A stretch of 64,000 nucleotides of DNA. Source: Methanosarcinales archaeon Methan_01. GTDB lineage: Archaea; Halobacteriota; Methanosarcinia; Methanotrichales; Methanotrichaceae. Positions 1 through 9,909 of this stretch are shown piece after piece (position 1 is the first letter of the stretch; each line of letters starts with the position of its first letter). The stretch is taken from positions 32,714 to 96,713 of the forward strand of contig LUYE01000017.1 of NCBI GenBank assembly GCA_001602645.1, in the 5' to 3' direction. Under the pieces are notes generated by a model, which was given only the letters and a program-made list of their open reading frames with translations, made no database searches and had not been told where the DNA came from. The translations under genes were made by a program, and so were the position numbers.

Positions 1-166
1 CGCCGGAGGCGAAGACGACGACGATCCCAGCAGAAAGCCCCGTCCTCTCGATGATGGCGGCGACCTTTCCGGTCAGTTCGGTCATCTCGCCGTTTCCTCG
101 GGTCTGAAAGTCGATATGCTCGGTAACGATCAAAGGATCTCCTCCGTTTTTTGATGGGATCTGCAT
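1..166 (-). CDS. UPF0047/YjbQ-family protein (secondary thiamine-phosphate synthase-like), N-terminal part; the 3' end lies outside the window
   Basis: Not in the ORF track (under 60 aa inside the window). Minus-strand ATG at 164-166 gives MQIPSKNGGDPLIVTEHIDFQTRGNGEMTELTGKVAAIIERTGLSAGIVVVFASG. This fits the N-terminal pattern I remember for YjbQ proteins. Recognition is from memory only. Confidence 0.45.
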   Translation of the reverse strand, partial: MQIPSKNGGDPLIVTEHIDFQTRGNGEMTELTGKVAAIIERTGLSAGIVVVFASG

Positions 167-436
167 GACAACCCAAACGCCCGTACGCCGCCATCTCCTT
201 GATCGATCCGATTCTGAAGGCTTTTATGGCCCGCCCCTCGCATCCGACGAAGCTGATGTATGGCGGTGCCGATATATGGCGGAACCGACGGAGGCTTTCC
301 AGAGTCGTTCCGGATCACCCCGGAACAATTTGGGTCTCTCACCCTTGATCAAACTTTGCAGAGGAGGGTCGGGGCCAGGGGGAGAAGTATAGGTCCGTAT
401 CCGAGAAAAAATTTTTGTACCATCGGGAAGATATAC

Positions 437-1267
437 ATGGCTGAGGTGTTCACTTTGAAACCCTTTGGCCTGAAAGCCCTTCTCCTCCTGACCCTCGCCC
501 TGGGAATGCCTATGGCGTCCTCCCTGGACTCCCCTTCAGATGCCGTCACATACAGCTCCGAGGACGCCTCTTCCTTCGCCGAGTTCTTCGCGATGGAGCC
601 TCCAGCAACCTCCGGCGGGGTGGAGAGGTACAGCACGCCCGGCCGGGAGCCCTCCTCCGTAACCTTCGGCGGCCGGTCCACGTCCTATTCTGCCTATCAG
701 TCCACCCGCGGAGGTACGAACGCCCTCTGGATCATGGGGACCTCGAGCTGGACCCAGCGAGTCGTCGCTCCCCTGGGTTCCTACCTCTCGCTCCTCGCCT
801 CCTCCTCTGGCGGCGGGAGGGCTGAATTCTACGAGATCCGACCCGACGGACGGCTCTTATCCAGCTCCTACACCCTCTATCCGGGGCACAATAGGCTCGT
901 CTTCCACGCCGACGTCGTAGGACGGCACGTCCTCCTCTTCGTCGCCGACGGCCAGCCGAGCAACGTAGTCATCGTCGACGTCGCCAGCGGAGGCTGGCCG
1001 CCTTCGCCGGGGCCGGCCCCCGGACCAGGCCCCTCCCCAGGATACGCCAGGGTGATCTTCAGCTCCACCTGGCTCAAGGGCTACAGCGTCTTCGTCGACG
1101 GCTCTTACGTCGGCGGTGACGGCCAGGGAGGAGACCCCTTAGACGGGACCTTCAGCCTGAACGTCCCCGGAGACCGTTACCAAGTCCTGCAGATATCCGG
1201 CGGAGGCCGGACATACTCGGAGCGGGGGACGTTCCTCTCGGGATACACCTACAAGCTCTCGATATAG
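437..1267 (+). CDS. Secreted modular protein, paralogue of 59804-60808: signal peptide, beta-domain, Pro/Gly linker, PEGA-like C-terminal module
   Basis: ORF 260-1267. The internal ATG at 437 gives MAEVFTLKPFGLKALLLLTLALGMPMASS, a signal-peptide-like N-terminus. The block NALWIMGTSSW...AEFYEIRPDGRL...LLFVADGQPSNVVIVDV aligns with NELWIEGSEAW...AEFYEVSPSGNV...LFFVSNGLASNVVIVDV of 59804-60808. PGPAPGPGPSP forms the linker. Confidence 0.6.
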   Translation: MAEVFTLKPFGLKALLLLTLALGMPMASSLDSPSDAVTYSSEDASSFAEFFAMEPPATSGGVERYSTPGREPSSVTFGGRSTSYSAYQSTRGGTNALWIMGTSSWTQRVVAPLGSYLSLLASSSGGGRAEFYEIRPDGRLLSSSYTLYPGHNRLVFHADVVGRHVLLFVADGQPSNVVIVDVASGGWPPSPGPAPGPGPSPGYARVIFSSTWLKGYSVFVDGSYVGGDGQGGDPLDGTFSLNVPGDRYQVLQISGGGRTYSERGTFLSGYTYKLSI

Positions 1268-1451
1268 TCTAATTTCTTGGGCGACCAAGCTTCGGCCGTC
1301 CAAAGCTATCCTTTTTGTCCTTGCTTTTTGTTCGATGGGTGTTTGATAGATTCTGTAAAAAAACAGGACTTGGTAGGGAGATCGCAGGGGTCCATCAGGT
1401 CTATCCCGAGAGCGCAATCTTATAACCGGCCGAGGGAGAAAGACGGCCTCC

Positions 1452-2438
1452 ATGGTCTCCGGCTTGAACCTGAAGGGGTGGGTCGAGGTGGGTGGGAGGC
1501 GGCTCTCAGAATCAGAGGTGGAAAAGACCCTCAACGAGAGCCCAGCCACTTTATCCGAGTTCGGGGGCGAGTTCTTCCTCCGCTGGGACGGCTGGGCTGC
1601 CCGAGACCACTTCGGGATCGTCCCCGGCGACTGCCCTGCAGGAGCCATCGTCTGCGACGGTCAGGTCGTCGGAGCCGTCGACCCCCAGCCGCCGGCCGCA
1701 GATCTGGCCCAGGCGATCGAGACCGCCGTCTTTCTCCGGAAGGACGAGGGGGTTGTCGCCCTCTCCGGCGGCGTCGACTCTGCCCTCGTCGCGGCCCTGG
1801 CCCGAAGAGAATGCGTCGTCGTGGGGGTCGAGGGGTCCGTTGACCTGAAGAGGGCGAGGGAGGTCGCCTACCTCCTCGATCTATCTCTGGAGACGGCGAC
1901 GATCGACCCCAGAAGGATCGAGGAGGCTCTGGCCGAGGTCCTGGCGGTCATCCCGCGGGTGACGCCGGTCGACGCTTCCATCGCCACCACCCTATACTTC
2001 GTGGCGGAATGGGCGAAGGACCACGGGCACCATGTGATCCTGGCGGGGCAGGGGGCTGACGAGCTCTTCGGCGGCTACTCCCGTTACCTAGAGACCAAGA
2101 CCCTCGCCGATGATCTGGAGCGGGACTTCTCCGGCCTTCCCGCCCAGGCGGCGAGGGACCAGGCGGTGGCCGCCCTCTTCGGAGTTCGGTTCTCCCTACC
2201 CTACCTGGACGTCCGGGTTGTCAGGGCCGCCATGGCGATCCCCCCCGAGGAGAAGGTCAAGGAAGGCGTCCGGAAACGGCCCCTGAGGGAGGTGGCGGCG
2301 ATGCATATGCCAAAAGAAGTCGCCTATCGGGAGAAGAAGGCGATGCAGTACGGCTCCGGGGTGATGCGGGAGATGAAGAGGCTTGCGAGGAGGAGGCGCC
2401 CCGGGAGGGTGGGGGATTATCTCGAGGGCCTGATGTGA
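1452..2438 (+). CDS. Asparagine-synthase-related PP-loop ATPase, without a recognisable N-terminal glutaminase domain
   Basis: 328-aa ORF. It has the PP-loop VALSGGVDSALVAAL, later ILAGQGADELFGGYSRY, and a C-terminal REKKAMQYGSG, all typical of the AsnB C-terminal domain family. Confidence 0.75.
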   Translation: MVSGLNLKGWVEVGGRRLSESEVEKTLNESPATLSEFGGEFFLRWDGWAARDHFGIVPGDCPAGAIVCDGQVVGAVDPQPPAADLAQAIETAVFLRKDEGVVALSGGVDSALVAALARRECVVVGVEGSVDLKRAREVAYLLDLSLETATIDPRRIEEALAEVLAVIPRVTPVDASIATTLYFVAEWAKDHGHHVILAGQGADELFGGYSRYLETKTLADDLERDFSGLPAQAARDQAVAALFGVRFSLPYLDVRVVRAAMAIPPEEKVKEGVRKRPLREVAAMHMPKEVAYREKKAMQYGSGVMREMKRLARRRRPGRVGDYLEGLM

Positions 2439-2486
2439 CCGGCCGCGCACCGCATCCTTTTTGAGGCGAGAGGCCCCCTGGGCTAG

Positions 2487-2936
2487 ATGGTGGCGTCGGT
2501 TTTGTCTTCATTCTTTCTGCTATCGCCGGGGAGGCACTTCCTCTGGAGCCCGGATCACGGCTCGGATATAGTCGCCTCCATATCTGCCCTGGCCGAGAGG
2601 CTGGAGGTGAGGTGCGGGACGGTCTCCGCCATCGGGGCGCTGATGTATGCGACCCTCGGCTTCTACGACCAGGGAGCCCACGAGTACAGGACGATCGAGA
2701 TCAACCGCCCCGTAGAGATCGCAAACCTCACCGGAAATGTCACCATCAGGGACGGCCGGCCCTTCCTTCACGCCCATGCGACCCTGGCAGACTCGAAAGG
2801 AGAGGTCATGGGTGGCCACCTCATCCGCGGTACGGTCTTCGCCGCCGAGGTCCACCTCCGGGAGCTTATTGGGGCGGCGCCGGTGAGGAGCCACGACCCC
2901 ACCACCGATCTATTCCTCTGGAGGGACGGCGATTGA
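2487..2936 (+). CDS. PPC/DUF296-domain protein
   Basis: 149-aa [31 protein letters not shown]...LTGNVT...[31 protein letters not shown] matches the PPC (DUF296) fold pattern. Confidence 0.6.
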   Translation: MVASVLSSFFLLSPGRHFLWSPDHGSDIVASISALAERLEVRCGTVSAIGALMYATLGFYDQGAHEYRTIEINRPVEIANLTGNVTIRDGRPFLHAHATLADSKGEVMGGHLIRGTVFAAEVHLRELIGAAPVRSHDPTTDLFLWRDGD

Positions 2937-5900
2937 ACTCCACCGAGTACTTCGAGGCTCTGGAGGCGGGGCTCGCCGGAGCGATGGAGATCGCCGGGAG
3001 GGCCCGAAGCCAAGGGAAGGACCCGAGCCGCTCGGTGGAGGTGCCGACGGCCGTCGACCTGGCGGAGAGGGTCGAGAAGCTGATAGGGATCGATGGGGTT
3101 GCAAGGCGGGTCCGGGAGCTAGAGGCGGAGGGGATGAGCCGGGAGGAGGCGGCCCTCGCCATAGGCTCCGACTTCGCCGCAGGAAGGATCGGGAGCTTCT
3201 CGTCGAAGATCGAGGCGATAGACGGAGCCATCCGGACCTCCGTCGCCCTCCTCACCGAGGGGGTCGTGGCCGCTCCGATGGAGGGGATAGCGAAGGTGGA
3301 TCTGGGGAAGAACGACGACGGCACCGAGTACCTCAAGGTCTACTACGCCGGGCCCATTCGGAGCGCCGGGGGGACGGCCCAGGCCCTCTCCGTCCTCGTC
3401 GCCGACTGCGTCCGGCGGGAGGTGGGGATCGACCGGTACAAGCCGAGGCCGGAGGAGGTGGAGAGGTACGTCGAGGAGATCGGCCTCTATCGCCGGGTCG
3501 CAGGCCTCCAGTATTCTCCGTCGGACGATGAGATTAGGATCCTGGTTAGAAACTGCCCGATCTGCATCGAGGGGGAGCCGACGGAGGAGGAGGAGGTCTC
3601 GGGGTTCCGGGACCTGGAGAGGATCGAGACGAACCGGATCCGGGGCGGCGTCGCCCTCGTCTCCGCCGAGGGGATCGCCCTCAAGAGGCCGAAGCTGAAG
3701 AAGCACGTGACAAAGCTATCAATCGAGGGATGGGACTGGCTCGACGAGCTCGCCAGCGGCGGAAAGAAGGACGGTGGGGGCTCCAGCGAGAAGTTCCTCC
3801 GAGACATCATCGCCGGAAGGCCGGTCTTCAGCCACCCCCACCGCCCTGGAGGGTTTCGGCTGAGGTACGGAAGGAGCCGGAATACAGGCCTTGCCGCCGC
3901 CGGCTTCAGCCCGGCGACGATGGTCCTCCTCCAGGAGTTCCTCGCCGCCGGGACCCAGGTGAAGGTGGAGCAGCCGGGTAAGGCGGCCGCGGTCTCCCCT
4001 GTCTCCAGCATCGAGGGTCCGACGGTGAGGCTCAAAAATGGCGACCTCGTCCGGGTCGACTCCGCCGAGGAGGCGGTCCTCCTCCGGGGCGATGTCGCTC
4101 AGATCGTCGACGTCGGCGAGGTTCTGATCAGCTTTGGCGACTTTCTCGAGAACAACAGGACCCTCGCCCCCGCATCCTACTGCTTCGAGTGGTGGGCGGC
4201 GGAGCTCGCCGAGGCCGGAGGCGACCCCGCGGGCCTGGAGGAGGTGTCCGGCGAAGAGGCGATAGAAATATCGAGGCAGTGGGGGGTCCCCCTCCACCCA
4301 GCCCACACCCACCTCTGGCACGACCTCTCCGTCGAGGGGTACCTCCAGCTGAGGGAGACCGCCTCCTCCGCCGGGGAGATGAGGGACGGCTCCCTCCTCC
4401 TGCCGCCTTCGGTGAAGGAGGAGCTGGAGACGCTTCTGGTGCTTCACAAATTGAGGGAAGGAAGGTTATTCGTCACCGACCCAGCCCCCCTCCTCCTCTG
4501 CCTCGGGATCGAAGCTGAGGGGCTGAGACTTCGGGAGCTTTCAGGTGGGCCGGGATCGGAGATCCAGGATCAAGGCGCAGATGGAGACGCCGCCGGGGAG
4601 GCGGGACCGGCGCCCAAAACCGCCCTCGACCTGGTGAACCAGGTCGCCGGGATCAAGGTGATGGCGCGGGCCCCCACCAGGATCGGGGCGAGGATGGGAA
4701 GGCCCGAGAAGTCCGACAAAAGGGAGATGAGGCCCCCGCCCCACGTCCTATTTCCCACCGGCGAAGCCGGCGGAAAGAGCCGATCGGTGGGAGACTGCGC
4801 CAAAAACCACGTCGGAAACGGCAAGGTCGGGATCATCGAGACCTCCATAGGAAAGAGGCGCTGTCCCCAATGCGGGGCCGAGACCCACGAGTTTTTGTGC
4901 GGATGCGGCGCCCACACCCTTCCGAAGAGGGGCTGCCCCGTCTGCCACCAGCCCGGAAAGGAGAAGTGCCCCAAGTGCGGGAGGCCGACGACGGCCGCCG
5001 AGAGCATGAAGCTCGACGTAAAGGAGCTATACCAACGAGCGCTAGCTCACCTTCACGAGAGGGAGCCGGAGCTGGTGAGGGGGGTTTTAGGCCTCACCAG
5101 CCGGGACAAGACCCCCGAGAGCCTGGAGAAGGGGGTCCTCCGGGCGAAGCACGGGGTCTACATCTTCAAGGACGGGACGGTCAGGTACGACCTCACCGAC
5201 CTCCCCCTCACCCACTTCCGCCCCCGGGAGGTCCACGCCTACGTCCCCCGCCTCCGGGAGCTCGGATACGCTGAAGACATCTATGGCGAGCCCCTGACGG
5301 ACGGAGAGCAGGTCCTGGAGCTCCTCGTCCAGGACGTCATCCTCTCCTTCGACGCCGGCGAGTACCTCCTGAAGGTGGCTGAGTTCGTCGACGAGGAGCT
5401 GGAGAAGTTCTACGGCCTTGAGCCCTTCTACAAAGCCAGGGCCCCCGACGACCTGATCGGATGCCTGCTGGTGGGGCTCGCCCCCCACACCTCCGCCGGG
5501 GTCTTATGCCGGCTCATCGGCTACACAACGGCCTCCGCCGGTTACGGCCACCCCTTCTTCCACGCCGCCAAGAGGAGGAACTGCGACGGGGACGAGGACT
5601 GCGTCATGCTCCTCATGGACGCCCTCCTCAACTTCTCGATGTCGTACCTTCCGGAGAAGAGGGGCGGCAAAATGGACGCGCCCCTCGTCATGACCACGCG
5701 CCTCGACCCCTCGGAGGTGGACGGGGAGGCCCACAACCTCGACCTCCCCTCCAAGTACCCCCTGGAGTTCTACCGGGCGACGTTGACGGGGGCGTCGCCG
5801 AAGGAGGTGGAGGGGCTCATCGACCTCGTCTCGAAGAGGCTCGGGACGGAGGCCCAGTATCGGGGATTCAAATTCACCCACGACACCGACGACATCGCCG

Positions 5901-6334
5901 CTGGGCCGAAGAACAGCGCCTACAAGACCCTGGAGACGATGATCGACAAGATGGACGCCCAGCTTGCCCTGGCGAGATCGATCCGGGCCGTCGACGAGAG
6001 GGACGTGGCGACGAGGGTGATCAACTCCCACTTCCTCCCGGACCTGATCGGAAACCTCCGGGCCTTCTCCCGCCAGAAGGTCCGGTGCGTCAAGTGCGGG
6101 GCGAAGTTCCGAAGGCCGCTCTTATCCGACGTCTGCCCCAAGTGCGGTGGGCGGGTGATCCTCACCGTCCACGAGGGGAGCGTCAGAAAGTACCTGGAGG
6201 TCTCGATGAAGGTCGCCGAGGAGTTCGGGGTCGACGAATACACCAAGCAGAGGCTCGAGCTGATCAAGATGGACATCGACTCCCTCTTCCAGAACGAGAA
6301 GTCGAAGCAGACGGGGCTTGCGGACTTCATGTGA
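2933..6334 (+). CDS. polC: DNA polymerase II (PolD) large subunit DP2
   Basis: ORF 2612-6334. The first ~107 codons overlap the DUF296 gene and are Arg/Pro-rich, so I treat them as a spurious extension. The family-typical N-terminus ([44 protein letters not shown]) starts at the in-frame TTG at 2933, which overlaps the upstream stop. An ATG at about 2984 is the alternative. Zn-finger clusters are present ([54 protein letters not shown]). Length is about 1133 aa and no intein-like insertion is seen. Confidence 0.93.
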   Translation: MNSTEYFEALEAGLAGAMEIAGRARSQGKDPSRSVEVPTAVDLAERVEKLIGIDGVARRVRELEAEGMSREEAALAIGSDFAAGRIGSFSSKIEAIDGAIRTSVALLTEGVVAAPMEGIAKVDLGKNDDGTEYLKVYYAGPIRSAGGTAQALSVLVADCVRREVGIDRYKPRPEEVERYVEEIGLYRRVAGLQYSPSDDEIRILVRNCPICIEGEPTEEEEVSGFRDLERIETNRIRGGVALVSAEGIALKRPKLKKHVTKLSIEGWDWLDELASGGKKDGGGSSEKFLRDIIAGRPVFSHPHRPGGFRLRYGRSRNTGLAAAGFSPATMVLLQEFLAAGTQVKVEQPGKAAAVSPVSSIEGPTVRLKNGDLVRVDSAEEAVLLRGDVAQIVDVGEVLISFGDFLENNRTLAPASYCFEWWAAELAEAGGDPAGLEEVSGEEAIEISRQWGVPLHPAHTHLWHDLSVEGYLQLRETASSAGEMRDGSLLLPPSVKEELETLLVLHKLREGRLFVTDPAPLLLCLGIEAEGLRLRELSGGPGSEIQDQGADGDAAGEAGPAPKTALDLVNQVAGIKVMARAPTRIGARMGRPEKSDKREMRPPPHVLFPTGEAGGKSRSVGDCAKNHVGNGKVGIIETSIGKRRCPQCGAETHEFLCGCGAHTLPKRGCPVCHQPGKEKCPKCGRPTTAAESMKLDVKELYQRALAHLHEREPELVRGVLGLTSRDKTPESLEKGVLRAKHGVYIFKDGTVRYDLTDLPLTHFRPREVHAYVPRLRELGYAEDIYGEPLTDGEQVLELLVQDVILSFDAGEYLLKVAEFVDEELEKFYGLEPFYKARAPDDLIGCLLVGLAPHTSAGVLCRLIGYTTASAGYGHPFFHAAKRRNCDGDEDCVMLLMDALLNFSMSYLPEKRGGKMDAPLVMTTRLDPSEVDGEAHNLDLPSKYPLEFYRATLTGASPKEVEGLIDLVSKRLGTEAQYRGFKFTHDTDDIAAGPKNSAYKTLETMIDKMDAQLALARSIRAVDERDVATRVINSHFLPDLIGNLRAFSRQKVRCVKCGAKFRRPLLSDVCPKCGGRVILTVHEGSVRKYLEVSMKVAEEFGVDEYTKQRLELIKMDIDSLFQNEKSKQTGLADFM

Positions 6335-6361
6335 GAGGGTTCGCATCTTGATCAATCGTCC

Positions 6362-6754
6362 TCATCGAGATCGTCTCAGGCCGCCTAGCCACCTCCGCGG
6401 ATCGAGCGCCCCCCGCCAGCGCCCGATAGCCTCCCGACCGAGGATGAAGCCCCCGATCCAGAAGGATGCCTCGCCGGTTACGACAAGAAGGGACGAGAGG
6501 GCGACCTTTCCCGCGGTGGATAGGGGCGCCATTGGGACCAGGAGGAGGCAGCCGTAGAGGAGGCAGGATAGGGCGATCAGTCCGAACCCGAGCCGCCGCC
6601 GCCAGCCGCCGCCCCTGAAAAAGCCGAAAAGGCCGTCCTCCGGCGGAGAAGGCGCCGCCAACGGGCCGCTGGACATTTTCCCCGTCGGAGGCGATCCCCT
6701 CGAAGCCATCTTCATAAGCTTTTCAACCTTCGAAGCCCTGCCGGGACCCGTCAC
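6362..6754 (-). CDS. Small membrane protein (2-3 predicted TM segments), last gene of the arg operon
   Basis: 130-aa ORF whose ATG overlaps the argH stop (6751-6754). Hydrophobic stretches are FGLIALSCLLYGCLLLV and VALSSLLVVTGEASFWIGGFIL. No family recognised. Confidence 0.45.
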   Translation of the reverse strand: MTGPGRASKVEKLMKMASRGSPPTGKMSSGPLAAPSPPEDGLFGFFRGGGWRRRLGFGLIALSCLLYGCLLLVPMAPLSTAGKVALSSLLVVTGEASFWIGGFILGREAIGRWRGALDPRRWLGGLRRSR

Positions 6755-8184
6755 CTCATCTCCCGGAGGGCCGCTAGGGCCCGGTCGACCCTTCCCTTCA
6801 TCTCCTCGATGAGGCAGCCGTTCTCCTCGATCCTCTTCCTACGATCGGCGACCATCCTCCCCGTCTCCTCCGGCGCAGGGCCCCCGATCCTCGACCGAAC
6901 CGCTACGTTCTCCTTCGGGTCGAGGGCAGCTTCCAGCTCTTTTTTGCCGAAGCCCCGCTCGCTCGGCCTGAACCCCGCGATCCTCTCCGCCACCTCGTCC
7001 AGGTCTCGGATAGTCGGGACTTCGCGTTTTGCGGCCAAGGCCCCCACGATCTGATGGGCATTCCGGAAGGGGATCCTTGTCCTCCGGACCAACGAGTCGG
7101 CGAGCTCCGTCGCCGTCGAGAAGCCCGCCCCGGAGGCGGCCTCCAGCCGCTCTTTATTGAACTTCGCCGACGAGACCGCCCCCGCCAGGATCCGCACGGC
7201 TCCCCTGGTCGTCGAGATCCCGCGCCAGAGGTTCGGGGTCGCCTCCTGCAGATCCCGGTTGTAGCTCATGGGCAGCGCCTTGACGATGGCGAGGGCGGCG
7301 ACGAGGGACCCAAAGACGGTGCCGGTCTTTCCCCGGACGAGCTCCGCGGTGTCGGGGTTCTTCTTCTGGGGCATGATGGAGCTCGTCGAGGTGAAGAGGT
7401 CGTCGAGCTCGAGGTAGCCGAACTCCGACGTCGACCACAGGATCAGCTCCTCGGCGAGGCGGCTAGCGTTCACCATCAGGATGGCGGAGGCGGATAAGGC
7501 CTCCAGGAGGAAGTCCCTCGTCGATACGGCGTCCATGCTGTTCTCGAGGAGCCCCTCGAAGCCGAGGAGCTCGGCGGTTCTCTTCCTGTCGATATCAAAG
7601 CCGGTGGAGGCGAAGGCGGCGGCGCCGAGGGGCGACCTGTTCACCCGGTGGTAAGAGTCCCGCAGCCGATCGAAGTCCCGCAAAAGAGCGTCGGCGTGGG
7701 CGAGGAGGTGGTGGGCGAGGGTCGTCGGCTGGGCGTGCTGGAGGTGGGTGAACCCGGGGATCACCGTCTCTTTATGCTCTCCGGCCCTCTCGATCAGGGC
7801 TTCTGCGAGGCCGTTCACCTCGGCCATGAGGCCGAGGAGCTCCTCCCGGAGGACGATCCGGATGCAGGTCGCAACCTCGTCATTTCGAGACCTCGCGGTG
7901 TGCATCCGGCCGCCGATGGCCCCGACCCTCGCGATCAGCTCCGCCTCGATCGCCTCGTGGACGTCCTCGCCCTCCCCGAGCCTCGCCAGCTCGATCCCGT
8001 CGAGGGCGGCGACGATCTCTGATAACTCCTCGGCGGCGATCAGGCCCCTCTCCTTCAGCATCACCAGGTGGGCCCTGTCCACCAGGAGGTCCGCCTCGAA
8101 GATATGCCGGTCCGCATCCCTGGAGGAGATGAACTCCAGGACGTCATCGGAGATCTCGCCGAGCCGCTCTCCTCTCAGAAGCAT
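6751..8184 (-). CDS. argH: Argininosuccinate lyase
   Basis: 477-aa ORF. It carries fumarate-lyase family signatures (TARSRNDEVAT, GFTHLQHAQPTT, SSIMPQKKNPD). Confidence 0.95.
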   Translation of the reverse strand: MLLRGERLGEISDDVLEFISSRDADRHIFEADLLVDRAHLVMLKERGLIAAEELSEIVAALDGIELARLGEGEDVHEAIEAELIARVGAIGGRMHTARSRNDEVATCIRIVLREELLGLMAEVNGLAEALIERAGEHKETVIPGFTHLQHAQPTTLAHHLLAHADALLRDFDRLRDSYHRVNRSPLGAAAFASTGFDIDRKRTAELLGFEGLLENSMDAVSTRDFLLEALSASAILMVNASRLAEELILWSTSEFGYLELDDLFTSTSSIMPQKKNPDTAELVRGKTGTVFGSLVAALAIVKALPMSYNRDLQEATPNLWRGISTTRGAVRILAGAVSSAKFNKERLEAASGAGFSTATELADSLVRRTRIPFRNAHQIVGALAAKREVPTIRDLDEVAERIAGFRPSERGFGKKELEAALDPKENVAVRSRIGGPAPEETGRMVADRRKRIEENGCLIEEMKGRVDRALAALREMR

Positions 8185-8200
8185 GATTCCATCCTCAAAC

Positions 8201-9376
8201 TCAGGTCGTATAATCCGCGTTGATCTTGACGTAGTCGTAAGAGAGATCGCAGCCGAAGGCTCGGGCGTTGCCGTCGCCTAGGCCGAGGTCGAGGACGATC
8301 TGAAGCTCCTCCGACCTCATCGCCTCCTCCGCCGCCGAAAGAACGCCGTCGACGATCCTCCCATCCTTGACCAGAAAGACCTCCTCGTCCCGGCCGAAGG
8401 ATGAGATCGAGAGGGTGATCCTCTCCGGATCGACCTCGGCGCCGGACCTGCCGGCGGCGGCTACGATCCTCCCCCAGTTGGGGTCGCTTCCGAAGATGGC
8501 GGTCTTGACGAGGCTGCTCCTCATGATAGTCTTCGCGGCAAGACGGGCGTCCTCCCGGCTCCTGGCTCCGGTGACGACCATCTCCACCAGCTTCGTCGCC
8601 CCCTCGCCGTCCTTTGCCATCATCTTCGCCAGCTCCACGCAGACGAAGCTGAGCGCCTCTCGGAAGTCGTTAATATCGGCTTCGACCATCCCTGTCGCCG
8701 TCAAAAGGACCAAGTCGTTGGTGCTGGTGTCTCCGTCGACGATCAGCATGTTGAAGCTCTCATCGACCGCCGCCATGAGGCACTCCCGGAGCGCCTCCTG
8801 TGAGATCTTAGCGTCGGTGTAGATGAAGGAGAGCATCGTCGCCATGTTGGGCTCGATCATCCCGGCGCCCTTGGTGATCCCCGCCACCCTGAACCCGCGA
8901 TGCTCGACGGCGATCTCTTTCACAACGGTATCCGTCGTCATGATCGCCCTCGCCGCCTCCTCGCTCGCCCCGAGGTCAGACCGAAGCCTCTCCTTCGCCT
9001 CGTCGAAGAGCGCCGCGATGACCTCTCGATCGAGGTACCGGCCTATAACCCCCGTGGAGGCGACGCCGATCCTATCGGTCCCGACCCCCAGGTGTCCCGC
9101 CAGGAGGCGTGCCATCCACCGGGCGTCCTCGACCCCCTGGGGACCAGTGTAGGCGTTGGCAGAGCCGCTGTTGGCGATCACCCCCTCGAGCCTCCCCCCG
9201 GAGGCTAGGAGGCTCTCGGCGGTGACGTCCAGGGGCGCCGCCCTGATCCTGTTCGTCGTGAAGACACCGGCGGCGGCGCCCCTCGCGGCGATCAGGGCTA
9301 CGCCGTACTTGCCCCGCTTGCCGCCCGATGCCCTCACCCCGCCGACGGCACATATGCCGCCCTCAATCCTCTTCAA
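8201..9376 (-). CDS. argJ: Bifunctional ornithine acetyltransferase / N-acetylglutamate synthase
   Basis: 391-aa ORF. It has the ArgJ autoprocessing region (GAGMIEPNMATMLSFIYTDA) and the C-terminal LSYDYVKINADYTT. Confidence 0.95.
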   Translation of the reverse strand: MKRIEGGICAVGGVRASGGKRGKYGVALIAARGAAAGVFTTNRIRAAPLDVTAESLLASGGRLEGVIANSGSANAYTGPQGVEDARWMARLLAGHLGVGTDRIGVASTGVIGRYLDREVIAALFDEAKERLRSDLGASEEAARAIMTTDTVVKEIAVEHRGFRVAGITKGAGMIEPNMATMLSFIYTDAKISQEALRECLMAAVDESFNMLIVDGDTSTNDLVLLTATGMVEADINDFREALSFVCVELAKMMAKDGEGATKLVEMVVTGARSREDARLAAKTIMRSSLVKTAIFGSDPNWGRIVAAAGRSGAEVDPERITLSISSFGRDEEVFLVKDGRIVDGVLSAAEEAMRSEELQIVLDLGLGDGNARAFGCDLSYDYVKINADYTT

Positions 9377-9848
9377 CTTCCTCCGCCCCCATCCCCAGAC
9401 CTGATATTATGTCTCCCCTGGTCAGTATTCCCACCAATTTTCCTTCCTCCAGGACCGGGAGCCGGTTGATCCGGTGGCGGACCATCATCGACGCCGCCTT
9501 ATCGACGGAGTCGTCGGGGCTGACGGTGAAGACCTTCTTGGTCATCACCTCGGATACCCGTTTCGTCCCCGCCTCCTCGGCTCCGGCCTGGAGCTTCTCC
9601 CATCGGATCAGGTCGCGGATCGGAACCTCCAGGATCTCAAGAGGGCTGGGGAGCCAGAGCCCTCCTTCTCTCTCGGCGGAGAGCATCCGGAGAAGATCCG
9701 ACTCGGAGACGACCCCCACCAACCGATCCCCCTCCAGAACCGGCATCCCACTGATATCATTAGCTCTGAGAAGCCTGACGGCATCGCTGACGGCTTCCGT
9801 CGCCTGAATGGCGACCGGCCCGGCGTTCATCACGTCCCTGACCAACAT
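9363..9848 (-). CDS. CBS-pair domain protein
   Basis: 161-aa ORF with two CBS motifs (VRDVMNAGPVAI...ISGMPVLEGDRLVGVVSESDLL and VSEVMTKKVFTVSPD...INRLPVLEEGKLVGILTRGDII). The stop region overlaps the argJ start by 14 nt. Confidence 0.85.
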   Translation of the reverse strand: MLVRDVMNAGPVAIQATEAVSDAVRLLRANDISGMPVLEGDRLVGVVSESDLLRMLSAEREGGLWLPSPLEILEVPIRDLIRWEKLQAGAEEAGTKRVSEVMTKKVFTVSPDDSVDKAASMMVRHRINRLPVLEEGKLVGILTRGDIISGLGMGAEEVEED

Positions 9849-9909
9849 GATCTATCTCCTCAGCTCTCTTTTTATTTACCCTTTCAGTTCCCTATACCGA
9901 TGAGGCCCT

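Noticed and set aside
2612-2932. N-terminal extensions of ORF-track entries (PolD 2612-2932; also 30472-30948, 41134-41484, 24613-24855, 29053-29208, 260-436)
   Set aside because: The extensions overlap upstream genes in another frame and are compositionally abnormal. Family-typical N-termini or signal peptides begin at the internal starts I used.
2933-6334. Possible intein in the PolD large subunit
   Set aside because: The length of about 1133 aa is within the normal intein-free range. I see no intein splicing blocks or homing-endonuclease (LAGLIDADG) motifs.
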